Below, piece by piece: positions 39,866 to 49,017 of a DNA stretch of 64,000 nt. This stretch comes from a virus (Duplodnaviria; Caudoviricetes), in IMG/VR virus record IMGVR_UViG_3300046167_000798; one strand, written 5' to 3'. The notes beneath the pieces were generated by a model, which was not told the origin of the DNA, made no database searches, and saw nothing but the letters and a program-made list of their open reading frames with translations. How positions within the stretch are numbered: position 1 is the first letter of the stretch; every line of letters starts with the position of its first letter. Both the position numbers and the translations under genes were made by a program.

Positions 39866-40162
39866 TTACCAATCAATTTCTTCTTCTTTTTCTTTTTTCT
39901 TTTCAACAGGAACTTCTTTTATTATAGTTTTTGTTTCTGTCTTTTGTTCTGGTATGTTTACTACGATTGTAGGCCCTTCTACATTTACTGATTGATTGTT
40001 TTCTTGTACAACCTCAGTTTGTGGTTCTGAATCATCTTCTATTCCTACAAATGATTTAACCTCATCTATAAAAACACCACCCAATGTAGTTAGTATTATA
40101 CCAACTCCAGCTATTATTTGATTCTTTATCTGTGAAAAGAATCCTTCTTTTTTTTCACTCAT
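39866..40162 (-). CDS. single-TM protein with E/K/V-rich tail
   Basis: IIAGVGIILTTLGGVF; tail KTIIKEVPVEKK. Confidence 0.6.
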   Translation of the reverse strand: MSEKKEGFFSQIKNQIIAGVGIILTTLGGVFIDEVKSFVGIEDDSEPQTEVVQENNQSVNVEGPTIVVNIPEQKTETKTIIKEVPVEKKKEKEEEIDW

Positions 40163-40293
40163 AATTTTGCTCTCCTTTTTTGTCTACATTCTTTACAATC
40201 ACATGGTTTGTGTTTACATACTGTTATATCTGTTGTAAGGATACACCATGTACAAAACACACCAAACCCAATTAAACATGCAGTGCTTAACAT
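40159..40293 (-). CDS. small Cys-rich membrane peptide (44 aa)
   Basis: Hand-translated MLSTACLIGFGVFCTWCILTTDITVCKHKPCDCKECRQKRRAKL*; ATGA overlap. Confidence 0.45.
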   Translation of the reverse strand: MLSTACLIGFGVFCTWCILTTDITVCKHKPCDCKECRQKRRAKL

Positions 40294-40294
40294 T

Positions 40295-40672
40295 TTAATT
40301 TACTACAAAAGACTGGTTTCCTAATATATTATGAAACTCATCTGTTAATTGAATTAGATAACCACTTTTCTCTAAAGATGCAACATATACTTTAAGAAGG
40401 TTATCACCCTCACCAGCTGTTATCATCTCTTGAGAGATTAGTTCATTGTTCATACCATGTCTAATCTTTATTCTGTATTTACCATCTAATGGTAATTTTA
40501 CATTCATTGCAACTCTATCAGTTACGATAGTGTTTTCTAATTTAATACCAATCAATTCTTTAATCTGTAAAGATTGTGGTACTTCTTGGTCTGGATAAAG
40601 TGTTACTAAATCATCATCTTGGTAACAACCCATCATTAAAACCAAACTAAGTAATGTTAATATTTTTTTCAT
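40295..40672 (-). CDS. lipoprotein with T9SS-CTD/Ig-like domain
   Basis: Lipobox LMMG-C; GKYRIKI…GEGDNLLKVYVASLEKSGYLIQL resembles type A T9SS CTD. Confidence 0.6.
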   Translation of the reverse strand: MKKILTLLSLVLMMGCYQDDDLVTLYPDQEVPQSLQIKELIGIKLENTIVTDRVAMNVKLPLDGKYRIKIRHGMNNELISQEMITAGEGDNLLKVYVASLEKSGYLIQLTDEFHNILGNQSFVVN

Positions 40673-40689
40673 TTTTTGTTTCCTTTTTA

Positions 40690-42336
40690 TTATTGTATTA
40701 TAAAATTAATTTGTGTTCCATCTGCTTTCACACCTTCTTTTACTCTAAACGAAATTAAACCCGATGTATTTTCGATTGTTTCTAATGGTGTAAATACTAA
40801 TTTGTATGGTGTTCCTTGTTTAACAGTTGCACTAACGTTTTGGTCAAATGAACCAACTCTTACTAATCCATCTTGAACTATATTAGAGAAGTTTGTCATG
40901 TCATTACCAGTATCGAATATTACATTCTCTAATGAAAGTACGTTAGGGTCATATACTATATTGAACTGAGAACCAACCATTCCTTCAATATCTGAATTGA
41001 TAGAAAAGATTACTTGTCCATCTTTTATTTCAGATATTAAATCTATATTTGCTGTTTCTGTTGAACTAAATTTACTACCAGCTGCCATACTCATTCTAGC
41101 TTGTGATGATTGTGATGATGTTGCCTTTTCACCACTATTAACTGTTGGCTCCCATGAGTGAGAGAAGTTTACATCACCAACTAAACCATGTGCTAAATCA
41201 ATTGTTTTTGTTGAAACATCTGAATCAAGTGGTGTGAATGATTTAGCGAATGTTACTGTATTGTTAGTAACTGCACCATAAGTAGATTCAATACCACTAT
41301 AATCTTCTGTTTTTCCATCTTGTGTGATTCGGTTTGTATTACCACTTGTTACACCTTGTAGGTAAGCAAGTATCTCATATGAATCTTGGAAATCAACAAC
41401 ACCACCATCACCAACAACATCACCCATTATATCTTGAATGAAATAATCAAATGTAGTTGAACCACCACTTGGACCAGAACTTGCTCCAATTGCTTCAGCG
41501 AATACTAATGCTAAATCAGCTACGGTTACAACCTCATCTAAATAAGTTGCATCTTCGGCTAAGTTTGCTTCAGCAGTATAAGTTACGTTGTTTTCTAAAC
41601 CACTTACAGATGCTTGTCCACTTTCATCAAAAGTACCAGTTGCAACTGATTCACCTGCACCATTCTTAATAGTATAAGAGTAATCTGTTTTAGCTGAATT
41701 TGCTGTTTTAAGGTTAATAGTAAATGTACCAGCATTACCACCCTCGATACCACTTAGTGATTGTGTAGATGGTGATTTAATAGTTTGAATTTTTGTTCCA
41801 TCTGCTTTTTGGTAGTTTGCCCAATTCACTTTAATGATATTGTTGTAGTTATCATACCCACTACCAAACTTATCCTTTACTTTGAAGCTATACTTTACAA
41901 ATTCTCCACCATCTTCGTATGCAGCTGAGGTTTGGATTGTAGTTCTCTCTACACTCCAATCAGCAGAAGTAGAATAGGAAGCATTTCCTGCTTCATCTTT
42001 CCACCAAGTGTATTGTACATCCATATCATCTTCTGATGTATTTGCTTTTGGATTAAACTTATATCCAGTCCAATTGTTTCTGGCATAAGATGCACCTGTT
42101 GGTGCTTGTGAGGTACTTGAGATGTAAGATAACAATTTGTTGTTATATTCGAAATCAAACTGAGCCAATGTCAAATCTCCTCCATCTTGTTTGTTGTATT
42201 GGAACTTCATAATTAAAGTATCCCCTACTTTTGTTACTGTATTTACTGGACTATAATTTATCTCAGCGGGGTCATTCTGACCAGATACAGATAGTGTAAA
42301 AAATACACTAATTAATAATAATAAAATTTTTTTCAT
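40690..42336 (-). CDS. secreted cohesin-like + Ig + dockerin-like + cohesin-like protein
   Basis: VGDTL…AQFDFEYNNKLLSY; VTVADL; GDVVGDGGVVDFQDS; GDVNFSHS; VGSQFNIVYDPNVLSL. Confidence 0.7.
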   Translation of the reverse strand: MKKILLLLISVFFTLSVSGQNDPAEINYSPVNTVTKVGDTLIMKFQYNKQDGGDLTLAQFDFEYNNKLLSYISSTSQAPTGASYARNNWTGYKFNPKANTSEDDMDVQYTWWKDEAGNASYSTSADWSVERTTIQTSAAYEDGGEFVKYSFKVKDKFGSGYDNYNNIIKVNWANYQKADGTKIQTIKSPSTQSLSGIEGGNAGTFTINLKTANSAKTDYSYTIKNGAGESVATGTFDESGQASVSGLENNVTYTAEANLAEDATYLDEVVTVADLALVFAEAIGASSGPSGGSTTFDYFIQDIMGDVVGDGGVVDFQDSYEILAYLQGVTSGNTNRITQDGKTEDYSGIESTYGAVTNNTVTFAKSFTPLDSDVSTKTIDLAHGLVGDVNFSHSWEPTVNSGEKATSSQSSQARMSMAAGSKFSSTETANIDLISEIKDGQVIFSINSDIEGMVGSQFNIVYDPNVLSLENVIFDTGNDMTNFSNIVQDGLVRVGSFDQNVSATVKQGTPYKLVFTPLETIENTSGLISFRVKEGVKADGTQINFIIQ

Positions 42337-42844
42337 AATAAGTCCTTAATAATTTGCCTCACATACCTTTTTTAAAGCTATACTAGCAGTTTGTTGATTA
42401 AATGTTCCGTCTTGTGCAACTACAAGAGTACTAGTAGAAATCGTTTTACTCGTTCCTTTTTGAGTAGTACGTTTTTTAACCTTTTCCCTTGACTTCTAAT
42501 TCACCAATTGCTATAATCTGCGTTAGTGAAACATCTTTGTGAAACACCGCAACTGATGTTCCAATATTTTTTATATCAAAAAAGACCAATCTTACATTTA
42601 TTTGCGTAGATGCTTGGTCTGATAAATCATAATCTAAATCCATTAATAATTCTTCGAGGATATTCTTTACACCAACTGCAAGGTTTCGGTTACCTGCAAA
42701 CTTACCCATACGGATTTCGTTGGTTACTGAACCGACCTTTATGAGGTTGTTATCACTTGTGTGAATCTCGTTTGAACCAGTCGGTAATAAAACAAAGATA
42801 CACAAAATGAATATTTTAAATACATTTAATGTAGCGTACTTCAA
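42333..42844 (-). CDS. secreted CsgG/LptE/TolB-N-like alpha-beta protein, apparently two 1-nt frameshifts (~42484, ~42357)
   Basis: GVKNILEELL; corrected end …FNQQTASIALKKVCEQIIKDLL* parallels the 38551 C-terminal helix and restores ATGA overlap. Confidence 0.5.
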
Positions 42845-42985
42845 AGTAATCTCCTATATTAATAGATTACTGTAACTAATTAAAGAAACGATTGAATGTA
42901 AACGTTTTGAATAAAACGATATTGGTATAACTGTGAGTATTTGGTTATTCGTATAACGAATTCTATTACTCTTTACACAAATAAA

Positions 42986-42994
42986 TATAAGTAT
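42986..42994 (-). promoter_or_regulatory. putative late-promoter box ATACTTATA heading the surface-module operon
   Basis: Matches recurring ATAYTTATA; ~140-nt leader to TTG start. Confidence 0.45.
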
Positions 42995-43013
42995 TAGATA
43001 CTAAAGGGTAGGT

Positions 43014-43907
43014 TTATTGAATTTTTTTTAATTCTGGTAGAAAATTATCGTGGGATATTTTTTTAAATTCCTCTCTTCTATCGTAAACTGAGAGAGAATT
43101 TAGGTAATGATAATGTCCTCTATATTTGTAGTTTTCACAAACTACTAGGTTTTTTATTTTGAATTGATGAATTTCTTCATTTTGTTCTCTAACGAGTTTT
43201 TCACTACCCACCATTAAAAAGGTATCTTCATAACCATAGTGAGCAAATGAATCTGGTATTCCAATTCTATTTAGAAGTTTTCCACTTATACAAGTGAACC
43301 ATCCTCCTGCAAATTTAAATCTTGATTGAGGGGAGTTTGAATTATTTACAGGTACAATACTAATATCTCCTTTGATACCACTATCTTTATAAGGGTCATT
43401 TGTTTTTTGATATTCAAGTGGTTTATCTAAGAATTGTTCATTTACAATACAATCCCAAGTATTATCCCAAACTCTAACGATTTCAGGTGTGATTACTGAT
43501 AATGGATAATCTTTATTTATACCTTGAATAGAAGATACAATATAAGATAGGGTTCTTTCTTCAAATATAATATCAGTATCTAACCAAATAAAGTAATCAG
43601 CATCATTATGCTTATTGAGTGAAAATCTTCTCTGAGATACACATCCTAATATTTCTTCAGATACTTGAAATGTTTTTACACACCAATCAGTATGATATGA
43701 TAACTTTAAAAATTTATCTACAAAGTATTTTTTATTTATAGATGATTTATTCCAATCAACCATTTCACCTGAAGTACATAATGTTACATCAAGATTCCAA
43801 TCAATTCCTTTTGGAGAATAATATTGTGCCCTACGAAGTTGATTTAGAGTATTTTCTAATTCATCAATCTCGTAAGGCAAACAAAATATGGATATTACTA
43901 TTTTCAA
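43014..43907 (-). CDS. GT-A fold glycosyltransferase-like protein
   Basis: IWLDTDIIF DxD; FAGGWFT; YGYED. Confidence 0.65.
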   Translation of the reverse strand: MKIVISIFCLPYEIDELENTLNQLRRAQYYSPKGIDWNLDVTLCTSGEMVDWNKSSINKKYFVDKFLKLSYHTDWCVKTFQVSEEILGCVSQRRFSLNKHNDADYFIWLDTDIIFEERTLSYIVSSIQGINKDYPLSVITPEIVRVWDNTWDCIVNEQFLDKPLEYQKTNDPYKDSGIKGDISIVPVNNSNSPQSRFKFAGGWFTCISGKLLNRIGIPDSFAHYGYEDTFLMVGSEKLVREQNEEIHQFKIKNLVVCENYKYRGHYHYLNSLSVYDRREEFKKISHDNFLPELKKIQ

Positions 43908-43908
43908 T

Positions 43909-44889
43909 TTATGATAAATCTACTTGTGATAATACTGAATCCCAATTATCAAACTTGATTCCTTTATCATCAATATATGCAACTGCTCTCGGTTTTTGTG
44001 AAGTTACTTTAGAAACGTATTGATTTAAATCATGTTCTTTTAACCATTCCCAAATTAATTGAGTACCACTTTGTCCATTTACTAAACCTCTATCTTTTCT
44101 CGCTTTTGCAGAATATACAATTACAACATATTTCTCAGATAGTTTTTGTAATGCTTCTCTTGCACCTTCTACTGGTTCATCATAAACAGTTCCATCGTGG
44201 TATCCTTTTGAGTTCTTGTGAATAACACCATCGAAATCTACACCGATGTTTACTAATTCATCAGGATAAGAATGTTCTCTTGTTGCAGATGCACCACCTT
44301 GTCTATTTAGTAATTCTAAATCTTCTGGTTTGTTTTGGAAAATAGGAGGACAAACTTTACCACTACCATGTGTAAGTTGATAAGTAAGTAATAATGTAAG
44401 TACTTCTGATGTGTGATAATACTCAGCACCTAATACAACTTCTGATAAGTTGTTAATCTTTTCTGGTATTGGAGCTGATGTAATCATTGCTATTTGCATT
44501 CCTCTTGATTCACCATCTTCTAATGCTCTCATGATATCAATTGATTTACCACTTGATGAGATACCAAGAATTAATGTTTTCTTTAATTGTTCTGGTGTTT
44601 GAGATACTGTTCTCTGTCTTACCCAATGAACCATCCAATCATCAAACGAAGAATCGTTGATTAGAGAGGTTGCTACAATGGCACTACCAGGTGCCTGTGC
44701 ATTCTTTGTTCCATTTGATAACCTTGAGATATCAGTTGCTGCATGGTCTGCAACTCCTAAGTTTCCACCATGTCCTAATACAAATATATCAACACAATCG
44801 TTGAATTTTTCTTGTATATCATTCCACTCTTTTGTATTGATGACTTCTAAGAATTTATCACCAATGTTTTCGAAATTTAATCCTGCCAT
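43909..44889 (-). CDS. SIS-domain sugar-phosphate isomerase (GmhA-like) fused to HAD domain
   Basis: GHGGN, ISSSGKS; C-terminal GVDFDGVIH…YIDDK. Confidence 0.75.
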   Translation of the reverse strand: MAGLNFENIGDKFLEVINTKEWNDIQEKFNDCVDIFVLGHGGNLGVADHAATDISRLSNGTKNAQAPGSAIVATSLINDSSFDDWMVHWVRQRTVSQTPEQLKKTLILGISSSGKSIDIMRALEDGESRGMQIAMITSAPIPEKINNLSEVVLGAEYYHTSEVLTLLLTYQLTHGSGKVCPPIFQNKPEDLELLNRQGGASATREHSYPDELVNIGVDFDGVIHKNSKGYHDGTVYDEPVEGAREALQKLSEKYVVIVYSAKARKDRGLVNGQSGTQLIWEWLKEHDLNQYVSKVTSQKPRAVAYIDDKGIKFDNWDSVLSQVDLS

Positions 44890-44891
44890 AA

Positions 44892-45554
44892 TTATTTATT
44901 TTGTTTTAATTTATATATTATTTCTGCTGTTTGGAATTCAAAAGGAGTGTTGATATCTACTCCCTCGTATTCATTAAGTATAATAAAATTTGGTTTATCA
45001 CCAATAACTCGTGATTTATTTTTCATTATATTCTTATCTACAATTGTTATACCATAATTTATCATTTCAATATCAGGTAAATCCTGTGAATTTGGTACAT
45101 TATTTAAATCATAGTTAATAGGTTTACCATCTAACCACAAATGTCCTTTTACCAAAGAAGTTGAAGTTAAACTATCACATTCTGAATTCATGAATTGGTC
45201 TATAGCCTCTTCATGTTTTTCAGAACTAATGAAAGGAGAACATACAGGTGCCAGAAATATATAATCAGTATCAGTTGTTTTACCAATATGACCATGAAAC
45301 TCAGAATTAGAAGCTTCACTACTTGCAAAGTACTCTTCTCTTTTCTTTGTTTTTACACCATATGATTTTCCTATTTCAATCATTTTATCACAATCACTAT
45401 TGACTATGATTTCATCTATATTACTAACCTTTAATAAAGTTTGTAATTTTAAATCCAATAAGGTTGTATCACCAAATGGTTTAATATTTTTATTAGGTAC
45501 TCTCTGAGAACCTTTACGAACCGCAACTACTGCTGTAACTTTTCCTTGTTTCAT
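44892..45554 (-). CDS. neuA: CMP-ulosonic acid (acylneuraminate-type) cytidylyltransferase
   Basis: VAVRKGSQRVPNKN, VNSD, DINTPFEF. Confidence 0.8.
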   Translation of the reverse strand: MKQGKVTAVVAVRKGSQRVPNKNIKPFGDTTLLDLKLQTLLKVSNIDEIIVNSDCDKMIEIGKSYGVKTKKREEYFASSEASNSEFHGHIGKTTDTDYIFLAPVCSPFISSEKHEEAIDQFMNSECDSLTSTSLVKGHLWLDGKPINYDLNNVPNSQDLPDIEMINYGITIVDKNIMKNKSRVIGDKPNFIILNEYEGVDINTPFEFQTAEIIYKLKQNK

Positions 45555-46246
45555 AACTGTCCTCCATTTACATCAATTACAGAACCATTAAGATAGTTTG
45601 AAAGTTCTGAACATAAGAATACAATTGGCCCTACTTGGTCATCAACTGTACCTAATCTTCTCAATGGAATATTTTCACATAGTTTATCTTGTTCTTCTTT
45701 TGTCATCGATTGTTCTAACATTGGAGTAAGTGTTTGAGATGGACAAGTACAATTTACATGAATACCTCTTGGTCCTAATTCATGAGCAAGTTGTCTTGTT
45801 AATCCAATAATACCTGCCTTACTAGAAGTATAATGAACTCCACTTACAATACTTTTATTTCTACCAGCAATTGAAGAAACATTTACTACCCTACTTCCAC
45901 TTTTCATTAATGGTATGGATTTTTTAATTATGTAATAAAAGGAACGAAGATTTGTATCAATTACAGAATCCCATTCATCCATTTCTATTTCTTCTATTTT
46001 TTTACAAAAGTTTATACCAGCAACATTTATTAAGAAATCAATACCATTATGTTGAAGGCCTAAAATATCAGTTATTGCATCAAAGAATGTATCTATACTT
46101 TCCTTACTTGAAATATCTACTCCATCTTTTCTTGAAACTCTGATTACTTTTGCACCAAGTTCTTCAAACTTATTTGCTACTCCTAATCCAATTCCTTTAG
46201 ATGAACCAACAACTAAAGCTATTTTATTTTGAAAATTAATCTTCAT
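45551..46246 (-). CDS. SDR-family oxidoreductase
   Basis: GSSKGIG, NVAG, YTSSKAG, NCTCP. Confidence 0.9.
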   Translation of the reverse strand: MKINFQNKIALVVGSSKGIGLGVANKFEELGAKVIRVSRKDGVDISSKESIDTFFDAITDILGLQHNGIDFLINVAGINFCKKIEEIEMDEWDSVIDTNLRSFYYIIKKSIPLMKSGSRVVNVSSIAGRNKSIVSGVHYTSSKAGIIGLTRQLAHELGPRGIHVNCTCPSQTLTPMLEQSMTKEEQDKLCENIPLRRLGTVDDQVGPIVFLCSELSNYLNGSVIDVNGGQL

Positions 46247-46682
46247 ATATGTGTTCTACATCTGGTTTTGTAATTGCTAATCTTGCCGCTGGTTTATCAC
46301 CAACTGCTGTAATCTTATGCCATGTGTTAGCCTTTACAACAATTATATCTCCTTGTTTAACTCTACTAACTTCTTCTTCAATTTGCCATTCATATTCTCC
46401 TTCAAGAACAACCCAACACTCATCAGCATCAGGATGATAATGTAATCTGTTTCCTTCACCAGGATTCTGTTTGATTATAACTCCACCAAATCTATCATTA
46501 TAAACTACTCGAACTGCCCAAGAATCTTTATAACCTAATTCTTTTTCTAGTGTTGGAATGTTTATTGTTTTTGGATTTTCAAATTCATGACCAGCAACTA
46601 ATAAGGAATTAGTTACTCCATCATCTTTTAATACTCGTTTTACATTACTATCTTGTTTCATATTAAGGTATTTGTTATACAA
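46236..46682 (-). CDS. cupin-domain protein
   Basis: HYHPDADECWVVLEGE, NTWH. Confidence 0.8.
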   Translation of the reverse strand: MYNKYLNMKQDSNVKRVLKDDGVTNSLLVAGHEFENPKTINIPTLEKELGYKDSWAVRVVYNDRFGGVIIKQNPGEGNRLHYHPDADECWVVLEGEYEWQIEEEVSRVKQGDIIVVKANTWHKITAVGDKPAARLAITKPDVEHIYED

Positions 46683-46711
46683 ATATACGAAATTTATTTG
46701 AATTATACAAA
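46677..46711 (-). promoter_or_regulatory. Bacteroidota sigma70-type promoter, internal to the sugar cluster
   Basis: Sense TTTG…TTTCGTATATTTG. Confidence 0.7.
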
Positions 46712-47461
46712 TAAATCATCAAATATTTTTCGTTCATATGCCGTTATTGCTGAGTTATATCCCGCATTATATATTTTTTTACCTGCTTCTGTAAAGTATT
46801 TTACTGCAGTTTTATGTGTTGCATTCATTCTATTAAACTCAACTTCACCATTTCCAATGGATGCATGGTAATCAGGATGGAAATGATTTATATCACCTTC
46901 TGATGTATTTGTTGTGTTAGTTGCTGTTATCCAATTAGAATCACAACCTATTACATACACTTCATCAAAGTTCATATAATATGCCAATTGTAGTGCAACA
47001 TTCATAGTAGTTCCACTTTTATCCAATCTTTCTACGGCATTAGTTGAAAACTGTCTATCATCACCACATGGATATTCTGTAATAGAATCTAAATAAATTG
47101 TTTTTTGAGGAAGTTTTCCTTCACCTCTTGTTTCAATAGCATCTTTAAATTTTCTCCAAATTATAGGAGTTGTTTTTTCTTCATTTGATGCATTCAATAT
47201 GCTCTTAGACCACTTATGACCCCACTTAGAATCTTGACAATTAGAGGAAGTGAATACATAGTGAGTAGGTCTCCATTTAGTTGTTGGATATAATAACTCA
47301 ATACGATTCATTCCAATAGAGTATTCATTTTCCAACAAATCTAAGTTCATATTATTTAAAGAGGGTCCGTTACCTACTAAAAATATTCTTTTTCCTATTC
47401 CGATATCTTTTAAATCAAATATTACATTCATAACTTTAAAAATTCTATATAATCTGAACAA
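46703..47461 (-). CDS. DUF115/MptE-like (Maf-type) protein
   Basis: IFLVGNGPSL, IGMNRI, SGTT..VALQLAYYMNF.EVY.IGCD, HFHPDY. Confidence 0.75.
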   Translation of the reverse strand: MFRLYRIFKVMNVIFDLKDIGIGKRIFLVGNGPSLNNMNLDLLENEYSIGMNRIELLYPTTKWRPTHYVFTSSNCQDSKWGHKWSKSILNASNEEKTTPIIWRKFKDAIETRGEGKLPQKTIYLDSITEYPCGDDRQFSTNAVERLDKSGTTMNVALQLAYYMNFDEVYVIGCDSNWITATNTTNTSEGDINHFHPDYHASIGNGEVEFNRMNATHKTAVKYFTEAGKKIYNAGYNSAITAYERKIFDDLFV

Positions 47462-47886
47462 ACTCCATAAACATCAGTTGGTTTCCAATTCTCAATATCA
47501 TATCGACTAAGTAAAGGTATGATACATTTTTCGTTTGCCGTTAATATATTATGAGCCCAAATATGATTATCACTTATTATTGTGTACTCCTCTTTTTGAT
47601 GATAGAATATCTTTAACTGCATAGGGTTTGAGTCAACTTGTATTAGTTCAGTTAAAGAATCAAAATCTTTACAATGAATCCATAAGTGGTTTCTTCTTTC
47701 AACTAACCACTCTAATTCAATTGGATAAATAGGTTCATCATGTCCTAAATAAAAACCATCTTCATCCTTCCATATATCAATTTCAACATCATAACCTAAT
47801 GATATAGCCTTATCTATATAATCAGGAGTATTTTCAAGTTGTGGATTTTCTCCATTTATATTTCCTCTATGTGATATTAATTTCAT
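47428..47886 (-). CDS. glycerophosphodiester phosphodiesterase-like protein
   Basis: ISHRGN, DVEID, LGHD, WIHCK, GVCSDY. Confidence 0.75.
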   Translation of the reverse strand: MKLISHRGNINGENPQLENTPDYIDKAISLGYDVEIDIWKDEDGFYLGHDEPIYPIELEWLVERRNHLWIHCKDFDSLTELIQVDSNPMQLKIFYHQKEEYTIISDNHIWAHNILTANEKCIIPLLSRYDIENWKPTDVYGVCSDYIEFLKL

Positions 47887-48209
47887 AGTTCTTCTATCCT
47901 TTTTGCTCTATCATCTATTAATAAATCAAATAAAGGCTTTTCACCACAACTTAAGTGGTGGTACTTACATTCCCAAGAATCTAACTGTTCTTTTGTTAAA
48001 TCAAAATAATTAGCACCTGATAAAGAACCTCTTGCGGTATAGTAAGTAACTTCCCAACCTTCATCATATAGTTTATTTATCTTATCTATGTTTTCTTTAC
48101 TAGGAATTGCCAATTCATAGATTCTATCATTTTCATAAAAACAAATAGTTTCATCTATATCAACGAATACTTTTTGTTTTCCTGGATTATTTTTTCTGTG
48201 TACTTTCAT
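47883..48209 (-). CDS. small HAD phosphatase (capsule-biosynthesis type)
   Basis: FVDIDETI, YTARG, KP, IDDRA. Confidence 0.8.
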   Translation of the reverse strand: MKVHRKNNPGKQKVFVDIDETICFYENDRIYELAIPSKENIDKINKLYDEGWEVTYYTARGSLSGANYFDLTKEQLDSWECKYHHLSCGEKPLFDLLIDDRAKRIEEL

Positions 48210-49017
48210 GATATCGTTTCCAATAGTTATAACATTCTACTGCATCTTGTTCTGATTTTACTTGACCAGAGTTAAGTATTGTTACCCATGCTTCAAAACT
48301 TTCTAATTCACTTGGTGTTCCAAATACTGTTACAAATTCTGTATCATAATAACCTACTCTAAGTTTCTTTTCAACTAATAAATTATAAGCAAGTGTTACA
48401 TAATATTCACCAGCATAATTTATATCTCTATCTATACTTTCCTTGAAACATTCTTTCATAACTCCACCATTTTTAAAATAGTAAACACCAGTTGAAGCAT
48501 GCTCATCCATAGGATTATCAGTATAACATTCTTTTTCTTTAATCTCTTCCATTAAAATTCCATCTGTTTTTAGGAAAGCCATCTTAGTTGAGTTTAAAGT
48601 ATGTGGATGTAATCCTGAATGAGTAAGGATACAACCATCTAAGTTATTATCCTTAACATATTTTTCAAAATTAGATTTATTCCATATCAATGGGTTATCA
48701 CAATAGCACACAATAACTTCTTCATTATCATCTACTAAATCTAAGAAAGGCATTACAGTAAATATAGGGCCTTTTTTATGATTTGGTAATGAAACTACTT
48801 TAGATTTTGGTGATAACTGATTTAGAATATTTTTCATATCAGTATTTTCTATATGTTGGTCATTACATATAAAAACAATTTCATCATTTTCATCAAACAT
48901 ATCTAGGATATATTCTATGATTCTTTTACCATTTACTTTTATGAGTGGTTTTGGGTCTTCGTATCCTTTTTGTACAAATCTATTACCTGTACCTGCCATC
49001 GGAATAATTACTTTCAT
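48187..49017 (-). CDS. sugar-phosphate nucleotidyltransferase (NTP_transferase)
   Basis: IIPMAGTGNRF…PKPLI, GVYYF, FGTPSEL. Confidence 0.85.
   Translation of the reverse strand: MKVIIPMAGTGNRFVQKGYEDPKPLIKVNGKRIIEYILDMFDENDEIVFICNDQHIENTDMKNILNQLSPKSKVVSLPNHKKGPIFTVMPFLDLVDDNEEVIVCYCDNPLIWNKSNFEKYVKDNNLDGCILTHSGLHPHTLNSTKMAFLKTDGILMEEIKEKECYTDNPMDEHASTGVYYFKNGGVMKECFKESIDRDINYAGEYYVTLAYNLLVEKKLRVGYYDTEFVTVFGTPSELESFEAWVTILNSGQVKSEQDAVECYNYWKRYHESTQKK

Noticed and set aside
19273-42844. Programmed ribosomal frameshifting or pseudogenes at split genes
   Set aside because: No X XXY YYZ slippery heptamer with downstream structure noticed; pattern matches homopolymer sequencing error.
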